IMG/VR virus record: IMGVR_UViG_3300009163_000019
Length of the DNA stretch: 64,000 bases
Strand: one strand, 5' to 3'
DNA from: a virus
Below the pieces are notes generated by a model. That model did no database searches. It had not been told where the DNA came from and saw only the letters and a program-made list of their open reading frames with translations. The translations under genes were made by a program, and so were the position numbers. Each line of letters opens with the position of its first letter. Within the stretch, counting starts at the first letter, position 1. Positions 1-9,919 of this stretch are shown here, one piece after another.

Positions 1-522
1 CCATCTATAATATTAGAAGAGTCTAATGTCAATATGATTACGTGCGGAGGACAAGCCTCTATTCCTATGCTTAATTTAATATCTAAATATTGTGATAATT
101 TAGAATATATAGAAGTTGTTTCACAAATTGCCTCTAAGAGTGCAGGCATGGCAACTAGAATTAATGTAGATTCTTATATTCATACAACAGAAAGAGCAAT
201 TAGACAATTTACTGGTTGCGATAATTGTAAAGTTATACTTAATTTAAATCCTGCAGAGCCATGTGTTGATATGCAGACAACAATGTTTATTAAATTTAAA
301 ACAATTGATTTTAATGGTTTAGTTAAAGAGATTTATAAAAAAGTAGAAGAGTTACAAAAGTATATTCCATATTACGAATTAGTCCTTCCACCAGTTATTA
401 ATGATGATGTATTAGTTTTAAGTATTAAAGTGAAAGGATCTGGGGATTATCTTCCTGAATATGCAGGTAATTTAGATATAATTAATTGTGCTGCTATAGA
501 AATAACTAAAAATTTATTTTAA
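1..522 (+). CDS. dmpF: Acetaldehyde dehydrogenase (acylating), DmpF/MhpF family; 5' end lies outside the window
   Basis: Catalytic N-M-I-T-C-G-G-Q-A motif, SKSAG..TR.N.D motif, C-terminal G.GDYLPEYAGNLDI; frame is open from base 1; coupled to the aldolase. Confidence 0.92.
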   Translation, partial: PSIILEESNVNMITCGGQASIPMLNLISKYCDNLEYIEVVSQIASKSAGMATRINVDSYIHTTERAIRQFTGCDNCKVILNLNPAEPCVDMQTTMFIKFKTIDFNGLVKEIYKKVEELQKYIPYYELVLPPVINDDVLVLSIKVKGSGDYLPEYAGNLDIINCAAIEITKNLF

Positions 523-1520
523 TGGGTAAAATAATAATAACAGATTCATCTTTAAGAGATGGCAATCATGCAGTAAAACATACTATAAGTTTAGATAGTA
601 TTAAAAGATATTGCCAATTTGCAGATAGTGCAGAAATTCCAATTGTAGAAGTTGGGCACGGAAATGGATTAGGAGCTTCATCTTTATTAATTGGTCTATC
701 ACCATATACTGATAAACAAATATTAACTACGGCAAGAGAGAACTTAAAAACAAGTAAATTAGGAATACATATTATCCCAGGAATTGCTACTATTAAAAAA
801 GATATAGATCAAGCAATTGATTTAGGTGTAGATGTATTTAGAATTGCTACCCATTGTACTGAAGCAACACTATCCAAATCTCATATTGAATATTTAAGAA
901 ATAAAGATAAAACTGTATTCGGAGTGCTGATGATGAGTGCTTTAGCTGATGTAGAGACGTTGGCTAAAAATGCTAAGATCATGGAAGAGTACGGCGCAGA
1001 TGCCGTTATTATAATGGATTCTACAGGAACATATTTACCTTCTGATGTTAAGGAAAGAATGGATGAATTAAGTTACACTTTAGATATTGATTTTGGTTTT
1101 CATGCACATGATAATTTAGGTTTGGCAACGGCTAATTCATTAGTAGCTGCTCAATGTGGAGCAAAATATATAGACGCTTGTATTAGAGGATTTGGAGCCG
1201 GAGCCGGCAATGCTCATTTAGAAATGTTAATTCCTGTTTTAGAAAAAGCAGATTTTGATATTGATATAGATTTCAAAAAAGTTATTATAGAAGCAGATAG
1301 TGTTATGGATTACTTAGTACCTAGTGCACCAATATCTACACCAGTAAATATATTAACAGGACTAAATAGATTATTTTCAGGATTTGAAAAACCTATTATC
1401 AAAGCGTCTAAATTATTTGGTATTGAATATTCATCTTTAATATTTGAACTTGGAAATAGAAAGTTAGTTGCTGGCCAAGAAGATCTTATATTGGAGGTAG
1501 CACAAAAATTAAAGAAGTGA
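522..1520 (+). CDS. dmpG: 4-hydroxy-2-oxovalerate aldolase, DmpG/MhpE family
   Basis: DSSLRDGNHA, EVGHGNGLG, ATHCTEA, GFHAHDNLGLA, GAGAGN and LVAGQEDLI motifs; directly after dmpF. Confidence 0.95.
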   Translation: MGKIIITDSSLRDGNHAVKHTISLDSIKRYCQFADSAEIPIVEVGHGNGLGASSLLIGLSPYTDKQILTTARENLKTSKLGIHIIPGIATIKKDIDQAIDLGVDVFRIATHCTEATLSKSHIEYLRNKDKTVFGVLMMSALADVETLAKNAKIMEEYGADAVIIMDSTGTYLPSDVKERMDELSYTLDIDFGFHAHDNLGLATANSLVAAQCGAKYIDACIRGFGAGAGNAHLEMLIPVLEKADFDIDIDFKKVIIEADSVMDYLVPSAPISTPVNILTGLNRLFSGFEKPIIKASKLFGIEYSSLIFELGNRKLVAGQEDLILEVAQKLKK

Positions 1521-2335
1521 AAATACTAGTTACAGGAGCTAATGGCTTTATAGCAAAGAATTTAATCCCTGGTTTAAAAGATCACAATGTGATAGAAATT
1601 TCCAGGCAAAATTTAGATTTAAATAATAGAATTGAAGTAGATAGATTTTTTAAATACACTTCATTTGATATAGTAATGCACTGTGCTATATCTGGAGGTA
1701 AAAGAGATATAGTAGATGGTCCTGAAGTTTTATGGGAAAATTTAAGTATGTTTTATAATTTATTAAATAACAAAAGTAAATTTAAAAAACTGATTAACTT
1801 TGCATCAGGAGCAGAACTTGATCGATCACAATCAATTGATCTAGTTTATCCAGATTTTAGAGATAGATATCCTTTAGATTATTATGGTATGTCCAAGAAT
1901 ATTATTTCTAGAATAGTAGACTCAGAAAAAAATATGCACAACATTAGAATATTTAATGTTTTTGGGGATAATGAAAATGATCATAGACTAATTAAATCTA
2001 GTATTAAAAAATATATTAATAAAAAAGATATCATTATACACCAAGATAAATTAATGGATTTTTTTTATATAGAAGATCTAATATCTCTAATTAATTATTA
2101 CATTGATAATAACTCTTTTCCTAAAGATATTAATGCAGTATATAAAACAAAATATTATTTGTCAGAAATAGCAGGAATAATAAATAATTTATCAGACTAT
2201 AAAGTAAATATTAAAATAGAACAGCCAGGTTTTTCTAGTTCATATATAGGAAAGGGAATAATAACAGAAATATTACCTATAAAATTTAAAGGTTTAGAAA
2301 CAGGAATTACAGAAATATATAATAAATTAAAATGA
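1517..2335 (+). CDS. NAD-dependent epimerase/dehydratase/reductase (extended SDR) acting on a nucleotide sugar
   Basis: TGANGFIA Rossmann motif, YGMSK (YxxxK), RIFNVFG. Confidence 0.88.
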   Translation: MKILVTGANGFIAKNLIPGLKDHNVIEISRQNLDLNNRIEVDRFFKYTSFDIVMHCAISGGKRDIVDGPEVLWENLSMFYNLLNNKSKFKKLINFASGAELDRSQSIDLVYPDFRDRYPLDYYGMSKNIISRIVDSEKNMHNIRIFNVFGDNENDHRLIKSSIKKYINKKDIIIHQDKLMDFFYIEDLISLINYYIDNNSFPKDINAVYKTKYYLSEIAGIINNLSDYKVNIKIEQPGFSSSYIGKGIITEILPIKFKGLETGITEIYNKLK

Positions 2336-3615
2336 AAAAAATAAGTTTTATAATCAATGCTTCTAATAATACTTTAGATCATATAAAGTTATTACTTAAA
2401 TCTTTAAAACAAAATCTACACAATAAAGAGCACGAAATCTTAATATTTGTAGATTCAGATAATGAAGGATTGACAGACTATTTAAGAAGTCAAAAATTAA
2501 ATTTTCATGATCTTAAAATAATAACACATAAAATAAAACCTTGTATAGGATACTCTAGGAATAGTAACCTATTAGTTGAACTAGCTAAACACGACATAGT
2601 AAGTTATCTTCAAAGTGATATGGTTATATCTACTAACTATGATCAAGATCTATTATCAGAGATAGAAGATAATTGTATCCTCAGCGCCACCAGAGTCGAA
2701 CCACCATTACATGGTTATTCAGACAAGGTAATTACAATGGATTTCGGAACCGATCCAAATTCATTTAATATGGATTCCTGGAATAGTTATGCAAATAAAA
2801 ATAAAGAGAATAAATCTATAGAATACTTTTTTGCTCCATTTACTTTTTATAAAAAAGTTTGGCTAAGCATAGGAGGATATGATACTCTATTTAGAAGATC
2901 TAGAGAGGATTCAGACTTACTTCAAAGATTTATACAATCTGGTATTAAAATTAAACAAACGTTTAAAGCTAATGTATATCATTTTAGTTGCGTAAGTTCT
3001 AGAGGAAAAAATTGGTTTGATCAGAATAATGAAATAGCAAAAAAAAGAACCGAGCTACAACAGATTGCAGATGGTATTGAGCTAAGAAGATTTATAAAAA
3101 AGTGGGGAGGTTTTAATCACGGAGAAAGCACACTATTAAAATTAGATATGGATCTAGTTATCAAAGATGATCGTGAATTAAATCCAATGTTTTTAGCGCA
3201 AGTAGAAGTTTATTTTTCAAGGGTTTGGCTAAAGACAGAAGAGCATAGAGAAAAGTGCATCAATCTATTTTCAAGAGAACATGATCCTGCAAATGAATTA
3301 TTAGGTTTTACAAATCAAGATTGGGAGGAGTCAAAGAAATTTTATAACCAAACAAATTTTGCTAAAATTTATAATGTAGGTACACCTGAGGATTATAATA
3401 TTAAAGTTGAAGTTGATTTTACTAATGTAGATCCAAAAACAGATGTGTTTATACAAAATGTAACGCGCCTGGGTCAAATTATAGAACCTTATGAACCAGG
3501 AATATATGAACTAGGATCAGCTAAAATAGAGGTCAGGACTGTGGTAAACTTAGCTCAGGATCAAATCGTTATAAATAATCCTCCATTTGATTATTCACTA
3601 TTATCAATAGAATAA
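2332..3615 (+). CDS. Glycosyltransferase, GT2-like (GT-A fold)
   Basis: ISFII N-terminus, LQSDM DxD-like motif, IGGYD...REDSD, VYHF. Confidence 0.82.
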   Translation: MKKISFIINASNNTLDHIKLLLKSLKQNLHNKEHEILIFVDSDNEGLTDYLRSQKLNFHDLKIITHKIKPCIGYSRNSNLLVELAKHDIVSYLQSDMVISTNYDQDLLSEIEDNCILSATRVEPPLHGYSDKVITMDFGTDPNSFNMDSWNSYANKNKENKSIEYFFAPFTFYKKVWLSIGGYDTLFRRSREDSDLLQRFIQSGIKIKQTFKANVYHFSCVSSRGKNWFDQNNEIAKKRTELQQIADGIELRRFIKKWGGFNHGESTLLKLDMDLVIKDDRELNPMFLAQVEVYFSRVWLKTEEHREKCINLFSREHDPANELLGFTNQDWEESKKFYNQTNFAKIYNVGTPEDYNIKVEVDFTNVDPKTDVFIQNVTRLGQIIEPYEPGIYELGSAKIEVRTVVNLAQDQIVINNPPFDYSLLSIE

Positions 3616-3639
3616 GATATTTATATAAAAGATATAATA

Positions 3640-3951
3640 ATGGAAGCTGTAAATCCTAGATTCAATATAACTGTAGCCGGTAAGAAATACGGTTTACAAT
3701 TTGATGTTAACTCCAATCCCACAAAAAAGGGAGTTAAAATGCAGTTCATCCTTGATCAAGAATTTGAAGATCCTAGAGATAAACAAATGCTTGCCAATGA
3801 AATTAGTGTAGCACTACAAAAAAAGTACGGTGCTGCTGGAATTATGATAGACTACGATGACCGCAACCCATTTCGAAATGTTATAGGGTTTATTGTGCCT
3901 TTAAATTCCGTTGCTATGATGCTTATAAAAGCAATGAAAGGCGGAAGTTAA
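3640..3951 (+). CDS. Hypothetical phage protein (putative late gene)
   Basis: Clean ORF preceded by GATATTTATATAAAAGA motif. Confidence 0.6.
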   Translation: MEAVNPRFNITVAGKKYGLQFDVNSNPTKKGVKMQFILDQEFEDPRDKQMLANEISVALQKKYGAAGIMIDYDDRNPFRNVIGFIVPLNSVAMMLIKAMKGGS

Positions 3952-3970
3952 AAAATTAATTAATATAGTT

Positions 3971-4321
3971 ATGAAGAGACCTGTAAGAGCTCTATTTGAA
4001 AATCCACAAGATCTCAGAGCAGAAGATGTGTCAAAATCTGAAATACTAAAAGATCTTTTAAAGAATCATGTACCATTAGCTATTGAGAATGCGATAGTTA
4101 AGAAGAAGATCTATGCTTCTGTATTTGAGATCAATGATTCAAAACAGTTTGTAGAAATTCATAAAAATAATTGGGTACAAGCTTTAGAAACCTGTTTAGT
4201 CTGGTATGTAGAAGACGAAGATTACGAAATGTGTAACCACATAAAAAATCTTATCTTTACTATACAAGATAAAAAAAAATTAAGTAAGATTTCTATACAA
4301 CAAAATAAAAGTAATGGATAG
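3971..4321 (+). CDS. Hypothetical protein with C-terminal EDYEMC (UvrB/C-like) motif
   Basis: ORF in operon; YVEDEDYEMCNHIK. Confidence 0.55.
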   Translation: MKRPVRALFENPQDLRAEDVSKSEILKDLLKNHVPLAIENAIVKKKIYASVFEINDSKQFVEIHKNNWVQALETCLVWYVEDEDYEMCNHIKNLIFTIQDKKKLSKISIQQNKSNG

Positions 4322-4721
4322 TGAATATAAGCAAATACAATTAGGTATAGATTCTATTTTAAATACCAAGACATTTATAAGAAGAAAGAAGAAAACTCAG
4401 TCTGATAAAAAGAGAGAGTTATTTCACCAAGTTATTAATGGAATAGATGAACTAAATAATAGGCAGACTATAATGTATGCTGATCTAGATTTAGATTTTT
4501 CTAATTATGATGAAAAGTATTTTGCAATAATAGATTCTCTATTGTATATAAATTTTGGAAAAGAGTGTATGGATTTAATAGGTTTTTATCTTTATGATAG
4601 AGTCAATATAGATGGAACGATTAATCCTCTAATTGTAAATGATTCAGAAGAATTGATATTAAATAATCCATATGAGTTATGGAATATACTATGTCAAATA
4701 AATCCCAAACTAAGTGAGTAA
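4314..4721 (+). CDS. Hypothetical phage protein
   Basis: Overlapping operon ORF. Confidence 0.55.
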   Translation: MDSEYKQIQLGIDSILNTKTFIRRKKKTQSDKKRELFHQVINGIDELNNRQTIMYADLDLDFSNYDEKYFAIIDSLLYINFGKECMDLIGFYLYDRVNIDGTINPLIVNDSEELILNNPYELWNILCQINPKLSE

Positions 4722-5463
4722 GACTTATAATTTTACTAAAGAGAATATGCAGAAAGGAGTCCGACCAGAAGAATGGTGGCATAAAGGACTTCAATTATCA
4801 GAACAACAAGTAAGGGAAGCTATGGCTAATAGTCGTAGTAATAAAGAAGCTGCTAGATGGTTAGGTATAACTGATATAACATATAAAAAATATGCAAATA
4901 GTTATATTGATGAAACTACAGGAAAAACCCTATTCCAATTACACATGAATCAGTCAGGTAAAGGTATGCCAAAAAATTGGGTAGGAGGTAAATGGAAAAA
5001 AAGTTTAGATGAGATGTTAGTAGAGAATCAACCTATTAATTCTAAAAGAATAGGAAGATTAAAAGAGCTACTAATGATAGATGGCAGACTTGGATATCAA
5101 TGCTCAGCATGTAAATATGCAGAGAAGAGATTAACTGATATGAAAGTTCCTCTATTACTTAATTTTAAAAATAATATAAAGAGTGATTGGAGAATAGAAA
5201 ATCTTCAATGGCTTTGTTATAACTGTCATTTTCTTTTTGTAGGAGATATCTTTAGTAATAAGATGCTACAAAAAGTTGAAGCACTTCCATTACACACAGA
5301 AGGAATGAAAGAAGAAGTTCAAGAAGTTTATCAACTTGATGACTTTTACTATGAACATTTAAAGAAATTAGGCCTAGATAATCAAGGCGATATTTTATTT
5401 AAAGATCCTGATATTGTTGACTTTGAAGATGACAGAGACGAGTTTATTGATATCCGCACATAA
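4714..5463 (+). CDS. HTH plus HNH-like zinc-binding protein
   Basis: SNKEAARWLGIT HTH-like segment; CSAC...ENLQWLCYNCH; the usual first His of HNH is not evident. Confidence 0.65.
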   Translation: MSKTYNFTKENMQKGVRPEEWWHKGLQLSEQQVREAMANSRSNKEAARWLGITDITYKKYANSYIDETTGKTLFQLHMNQSGKGMPKNWVGGKWKKSLDEMLVENQPINSKRIGRLKELLMIDGRLGYQCSACKYAEKRLTDMKVPLLLNFKNNIKSDWRIENLQWLCYNCHFLFVGDIFSNKMLQKVEALPLHTEGMKEEVQEVYQLDDFYYEHLKKLGLDNQGDILFKDPDIVDFEDDRDEFIDIRT

Positions 5464-5611
5464 CTTATTGATAATCAATCACTTGCAACTGATTGATTTC
5501 CAACCACTTATAACTAATTGATTTTCAATCGACAATTTTTGTAAAAGGCTAAAATAAATTTTTTTGTTTCAGCAGAATGGTATAATTTTACCATATAACA
5601 AATCAATCAAG
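5461..5611 (+). promoter_or_regulatory. Promoter module 1: three 25-bp palindromic units plus AAATTTTTTT...TAATTTTA promoter
   Basis: Units at 5461, 5486 and 5511; TAATTTTA at 5583; same architecture at four other loci. Confidence 0.8.
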
Positions 5612-6472
5612 ATGAAAACATTAGTAACAAAACAAAAGTATCTTAATCCAGAAACAGGCAAATTAGTAGGTTATGTTAGAGCTAAGACTTTAGGTCTTAT
5701 TCCTGGATCTATTCCAAAAGAAACAGTAATAGAGTCTAATGAAGACTTTCAAGTTGAGACTGTTCGTATAACAGATCTTGAATTCAATGACAAATTATTT
5801 GTTCCTGTTTCCACTGGAAATAATAACCTAAATAAATTTATCTCTTCAGACGGAGGTTTCATGCCTGCTACAAATATTATCTTAATCGGTACTCCAGGTA
5901 TCGGTAAGTCTACTGTAGGCATGGATATGATCGTTCGTGCTAAACGTCAAGGTAAAAAAGTTTTGTTTATCTCTGGCGAGATGAATAGAATAGACATGTT
6001 TAGATATTGCAGACGCTTTCCTTCTTTTGGTGAACTAGATATTCTTTTTGTATCTGACTACATTAAGTCAAATCCTGTAAAAGCAATAGAGAAAGTTCTT
6101 CAGAATGGTTATGATCTAGTCCTAGTAGATTCTTGGGCTGAAGTATGCAGAACTGTAAAAGACTTTTCTGGAATGAGTACTACTAAAGCCGAGAGTTGGA
6201 TTTTAGATCTTATGGAAAATCATAATGAAGCTAGAAACAATGCAAATCTTCACACATGTTTCTTAATCATTCAACAAGTTACCAAGTCAGGAGAATTTGT
6301 TGGATCTAACAGACTTAAGCACATGACATCCGCTATGCTTGAAATGTATCGTGATCGTGCCGAGGATAAAAATGTTATGGAGTTTAGTAAGAATCGTGTA
6401 GGTAGTGCTGGTGACGGTATCTCCTTCAAAATATCTAAAGACAAAGTAACCTATTCAAAAATTGTAAGATAA
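5612..6472 (+). CDS. RadA/Sms-like RecA-fold ATPase lacking the Zn-finger and Lon domains
   Basis: Walker A GTPGIGKS, ISGEM, Walker B LVLVDS, QVTKSGEFVGSNRLKH, SKNRVG (KNRFG-like); ATG 5612 follows the promoter module. Confidence 0.8.
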   Translation: MKTLVTKQKYLNPETGKLVGYVRAKTLGLIPGSIPKETVIESNEDFQVETVRITDLEFNDKLFVPVSTGNNNLNKFISSDGGFMPATNIILIGTPGIGKSTVGMDMIVRAKRQGKKVLFISGEMNRIDMFRYCRRFPSFGELDILFVSDYIKSNPVKAIEKVLQNGYDLVLVDSWAEVCRTVKDFSGMSTTKAESWILDLMENHNEARNNANLHTCFLIIQQVTKSGEFVGSNRLKHMTSAMLEMYRDRAEDKNVMEFSKNRVGSAGDGISFKISKDKVTYSKIVR

Positions 6473-6483
6473 AAATAAAAGTT

Positions 6484-6978
6484 ATGAATAACATAATCAA
6501 AGAAAAAAAATCAATTACTGATCAAGTAATCAATCAGGGTTCTGCGATCAAATTAAATGGAGATCATAATAACTGTACAGTGTTATCTCTTGCAGCGGCA
6601 ACTAACATGTCTTATGATCGAGCTTACATTGTAGCCGAAAAAATATGGTCTAGAAAAATAAAAAAAGGAGTTAAGACTAAAGAGATATCAAATTTTTTTA
6701 ATACAAATAGCGTTCTAGTAAATGATATTGATCAAAAATTTATTGGTAAAAAAGTCGAAGTTAAAAGTGCCTATCTTTATAAGAAAACCGGTAAAGTAAA
6801 TTTTTGCCAAATGAGTTTAAGTACATTTGCTAAACAATACTCTAAAGGAGTTTATTATATTCTTGTTAGATCTCATGCATTAGTAATAAAAGACGGTGAT
6901 ATTGTAGATCATAAATCTCTTATATTAAAAAATAAGCGTAGAGTTTTAAATGCTTGGAAAATTGAAGAAATAAAATAA
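6484..6978 (+). CDS. Phage hypothetical protein (C...H papain-like signature)
   Basis: NCTVLSLAAAT...HALVIKDG; AAAAGTTATG leader. Confidence 0.5.
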   Translation: MNNIIKEKKSITDQVINQGSAIKLNGDHNNCTVLSLAAATNMSYDRAYIVAEKIWSRKIKKGVKTKEISNFFNTNSVLVNDIDQKFIGKKVEVKSAYLYKKTGKVNFCQMSLSTFAKQYSKGVYYILVRSHALVIKDGDIVDHKSLILKNKRRVLNAWKIEEIK

Positions 6979-6984
6979 AAAGTT

Positions 6985-7251
6985 ATGACAAAAAAAGAAA
7001 TGCACAAAGAAATTAATCAAAGGTTTTATGACTATCTTAATGAGAATTTTACTGAATACGCAATTGATAGTAGCGAAGGATACGGTAGGATCTATTTAAT
7101 TCCTAAATCTGGAAACATAAATAATGCGATCGAGTATCATCAATCAAGACACGATCTATGCTGCGTCAATTGGTCAGAAGAGAAAACAAAAAAAGATGTA
7201 GAGACTATGGAATTATTTCTTAATTATATTTTAAAACAATATAGTATATGA
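6985..7251 (+). CDS. Hypothetical early protein
   Basis: AAAAGTTATG leader. Confidence 0.55.
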   Translation: MTKKEMHKEINQRFYDYLNENFTEYAIDSSEGYGRIYLIPKSGNINNAIEYHQSRHDLCCVNWSEEKTKKDVETMELFLNYILKQYSI

Positions 7252-7499
7252 CACAAATCAAATGGTTCGAGCCACAAGCTTACATGAGTATTAGTAATTC
7301 ACACGGTATGGAAATTATGATCGATGATTCTGCAGAAGAGGTATCTTATAGATATAGTAATGAAGAACCTAACGCAGAAGTATATACTTCAGAAATACAG
7401 TATGATCAAGAAGGAGACGCTTACTTTATGGAATATATGGGCGATCGACATAGCCGAGTAGCTAGATACTTAAGTGATTTTTTAAAAATACAAAAATAA
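7248..7499 (+). CDS. Hypothetical early protein
   Basis: ATGA overlap with the previous ORF. Confidence 0.55.
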   Translation: MTQIKWFEPQAYMSISNSHGMEIMIDDSAEEVSYRYSNEEPNAEVYTSEIQYDQEGDAYFMEYMGDRHSRVARYLSDFLKIQK

Positions 7500-7504
7500 A
7501 AGTT

Positions 7505-7834
7505 ATGACACAAACAGAAATTCAAAAATTAGCAACAGAAATTGTTGGAGACGGACAGCAACCTAATAAGTTTTTTGTATCAATCAATCCTTATTTTGCC
7601 GATGTAAAAAATGAAGGATTTACTCCCCTTGAAGGATTCGGAGATAAAGATTCTAGCATTTATGTATTTGATACTTTAGAAGAAGCTCAAGCTTGTTATG
7701 ACGATAATGAATTAGATCAAGAATACGGAGTTGGCACAGTTACTATAGAAGACAGATTGGTTGGTACACTTAAAGAAAAACAATTAGAACTTTACATGAA
7801 ACCAACATGGATAAATAGAGAATATAATTTTTAA
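7505..7834 (+). CDS. Hypothetical early protein
   Basis: AAATAAAAGTTATG leader. Confidence 0.55.
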   Translation: MTQTEIQKLATEIVGDGQQPNKFFVSINPYFADVKNEGFTPLEGFGDKDSSIYVFDTLEEAQACYDDNELDQEYGVGTVTIEDRLVGTLKEKQLELYMKPTWINREYNF

Positions 7835-7848
7835 TAAAAAAATAAGTT

Positions 7849-8058
7849 ATGAGAATACAAAAAAGCTATTTCCCAGATGAAGTATTAAGTGAGTATGAAT
7901 GGTGTGAAACTTTTAAAGTTGGTAGTAGAAGACAAAAATATGATAAAGAAGATAAATCCCATGAGATGAATTCACAATTTGATTTTTCTAAATATTATTC
8001 TACTGAAGAATCTTATCTTTCTAAGATCTTAAAATATATTAACTTTATTAATATATGA
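7849..8058 (+). CDS. Hypothetical protein
   Basis: AAGTTATG leader. Confidence 0.5.
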   Translation: MRIQKSYFPDEVLSEYEWCETFKVGSRRQKYDKEDKSHEMNSQFDFSKYYSTEESYLSKILKYINFINI

Positions 8059-8375
8059 TAATTGTTCACACATATCAAGTTCCTTTTTTCTGGGTGGACG
8101 ATAAATGTCCTTACGTTATTGAAGACGGAATCAGAAGAGATCTTCCAAGTGGAACTACTAGAAAGGATATCAAGTGGTTCAGAAGACCATATCCAGGAGG
8201 TAAAAATGAAGCATTTAAAATCCAAGTGGATTGGAATGTAGAAGGGGATAAAGATAAGAAATACAAAGTAGCCTTAGATCATAAGACATGGTCCTGCGAT
8301 TGCCACTCTTTCAAATTTAGTGGAAACAAAAGAACTTGTAAGCATATAGATAAGATCAAAGAGGAATATTTATAA
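8055..8375 (+). CDS. SWIM zinc-finger protein
   Basis: WSCDC...CKH (CxC-xn-CxH). Confidence 0.8.
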   Translation: MIIVHTYQVPFFWVDDKCPYVIEDGIRRDLPSGTTRKDIKWFRRPYPGGKNEAFKIQVDWNVEGDKDKKYKVALDHKTWSCDCHSFKFSGNKRTCKHIDKIKEEYL

Positions 8376-8404
8376 CAGAACCGTGTAGCTTTAAAACCTT
8401 TACT

Positions 8405-8998
8405 ATGAATAAAAATGCAAAAGACTTTATTAAATTTGTGAAGTCAGAATGTAAAAGTAATGGAATAAAGTGTGATCTTAGAAATACAAAGTATGTTAAA
8501 TTGTCAGGAAATATAAAGTGCTCAGGATACTTTGACGAAGAAGGTCCTGCACTTGTATGTTCAATGAATAGACCGGACTCACTAGAAATTTTAGCTCACG
8601 AGTTCGGTCACTTTACCCAGTGGATAGAGCAAATAGATCTTTGGAAAGCCGTGAATACTTCCATGCCTCTAGTGGATGGTTGGTTAAGTGGTGAGGAAGT
8701 TCCTAATATAAAAAAGCATTTGGCAGTTTGTAGGGATCTGGAATTGGATAATGAAAAGAGGGCTGTTAAAATTATAAAAAAGTTTGATCTAGATATAGAC
8801 ATAGATCGGTATATCAAAAAGGCTAATGCGTACATATTTTTTTATACTAGATTATTAGCTACTAGAAAGTGGTGTACTCCAAAGAATAGTCCATATAGTA
8901 ATAATAAAATAATAGAAGTTATGCCTACATATTTTAGGCGTGATTACTCTATAATTCCAAAAAAAATAGAAACAATTTTTATTGAGCAAGGAACCTAG
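8405..8998 (+). CDS. Zincin-like metallopeptidase domain protein
   Basis: LAHEFGH motif plus downstream ELDNE. Confidence 0.6.
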   Translation: MNKNAKDFIKFVKSECKSNGIKCDLRNTKYVKLSGNIKCSGYFDEEGPALVCSMNRPDSLEILAHEFGHFTQWIEQIDLWKAVNTSMPLVDGWLSGEEVPNIKKHLAVCRDLELDNEKRAVKIIKKFDLDIDIDRYIKKANAYIFFYTRLLATRKWCTPKNSPYSNNKIIEVMPTYFRRDYSIIPKKIETIFIEQGT

Positions 8999-9000
8999 TT

Positions 9001-9390
9001 ATGAATGAAGTAATAAAACCAACTAGAAAACACGTAAATCAAATATTTGCTTGGTGTATAAAGACTTATGGTAAATCTAAATTTAATAAAGAATTACCTA
9101 TAGTAGAGTTTAGAAAACAGGACTACTATACAGAAGAATGCATGGCATTCTATGATGAAATAGAATCAGTTATATTTGTAAATAAAGATCAGAATGATAA
9201 TATTAATGAACTGGCTAATAGTATCATACATGAGTATGTACACTATAAACAGAATATGAAACACTATCAGATACTAAGTCTGTATCTTCCTGATCATAAA
9301 AATCCTATGGAAATAGAGGCTAATAAAATAGCTAATAGAGATACAAAAAAATGTCTTAAAGAACTATATAATATTCAAAGTATCAAGTAA
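9001..9390 (+). CDS. Small zincin-like (HExxH) protein
   Basis: IIHEYVHYKQ...PMEIEA. Confidence 0.6.
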   Translation: MNEVIKPTRKHVNQIFAWCIKTYGKSKFNKELPIVEFRKQDYYTEECMAFYDEIESVIFVNKDQNDNINELANSIIHEYVHYKQNMKHYQILSLYLPDHKNPMEIEANKIANRDTKKCLKELYNIQSIK

Positions 9391-9407
9391 TTTAGATATT
9401 TATTGAT

Positions 9408-9623
9408 ATGTTATATTATGACGTCCTGGATGAGATAGCAGGTTCATCAGAAATACCAGATGAAATACATCCCCTATTCCATGTTAATCCTAGAGAGGTG
9501 TGGATAGAAATGATGGTTCAGCTTATAGAAAGAGGTGTTGTAAAAAACAGTTATAGTAATTTGCAAAGCTACTCTACTATTTGGGAGGGTATGTTATATA
9601 CTAAATTTAGTACCGTAAATTAA
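9408..9623 (+). CDS. Hypothetical protein
   Basis: Preceded by ATATTTAT motif. Confidence 0.5.
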   Translation: MLYYDVLDEIAGSSEIPDEIHPLFHVNPREVWIEMMVQLIERGVVKNSYSNLQSYSTIWEGMLYTKFSTVN

Positions 9624-9628
9624 ATTAA

Positions 9629-9919
9629 ATGCTTTTACAACAACAGATTAATGATAGTTTCGTTCAGAGTCATTTGATGGAATATGGAATATTAGGATTC
9701 GTAGCTTTTATTTTAGGATATTTTGCTTGGATTCAATATAAAAGGCTTGTTAAAAAGAATGACGATTTAGAAGTTAAAATAGATAGACTACAAATTGAAA
9801 TGATGGGACTTTTAGTTGATGAAAGAGATCGTCTAGCCCAATTAATAAGAGATAATACGGCGGCTCTTCAAGAACTGCAGAAAACTATATTTAAATACAT
9901 GGTTAAAAAAGGAGAGTGA
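9629..9919 (+). CDS. Single-TM coiled-coil membrane protein (holin-like)
   Basis: YGILGFVAFILGYFAW TM segment followed by a coiled coil. Confidence 0.45.
   Translation: MLLQQQINDSFVQSHLMEYGILGFVAFILGYFAWIQYKRLVKKNDDLEVKIDRLQIEMMGLLVDERDRLAQLIRDNTAALQELQKTIFKYMVKKGE

Noticed and set aside
1-1520. dmpFG as evidence of a bacterial chromosome or aromatic degradation pathway
   Set aside because: Context is entirely phage-like (baseplate, primase, small ORFs) and the neighbours are sugar-pathway genes
4714-5463. HNH gene as an intron-encoded homing endonuclease
   Set aside because: Free-standing at the end of an operon, with no interrupted host gene or group I/II intron structure seen
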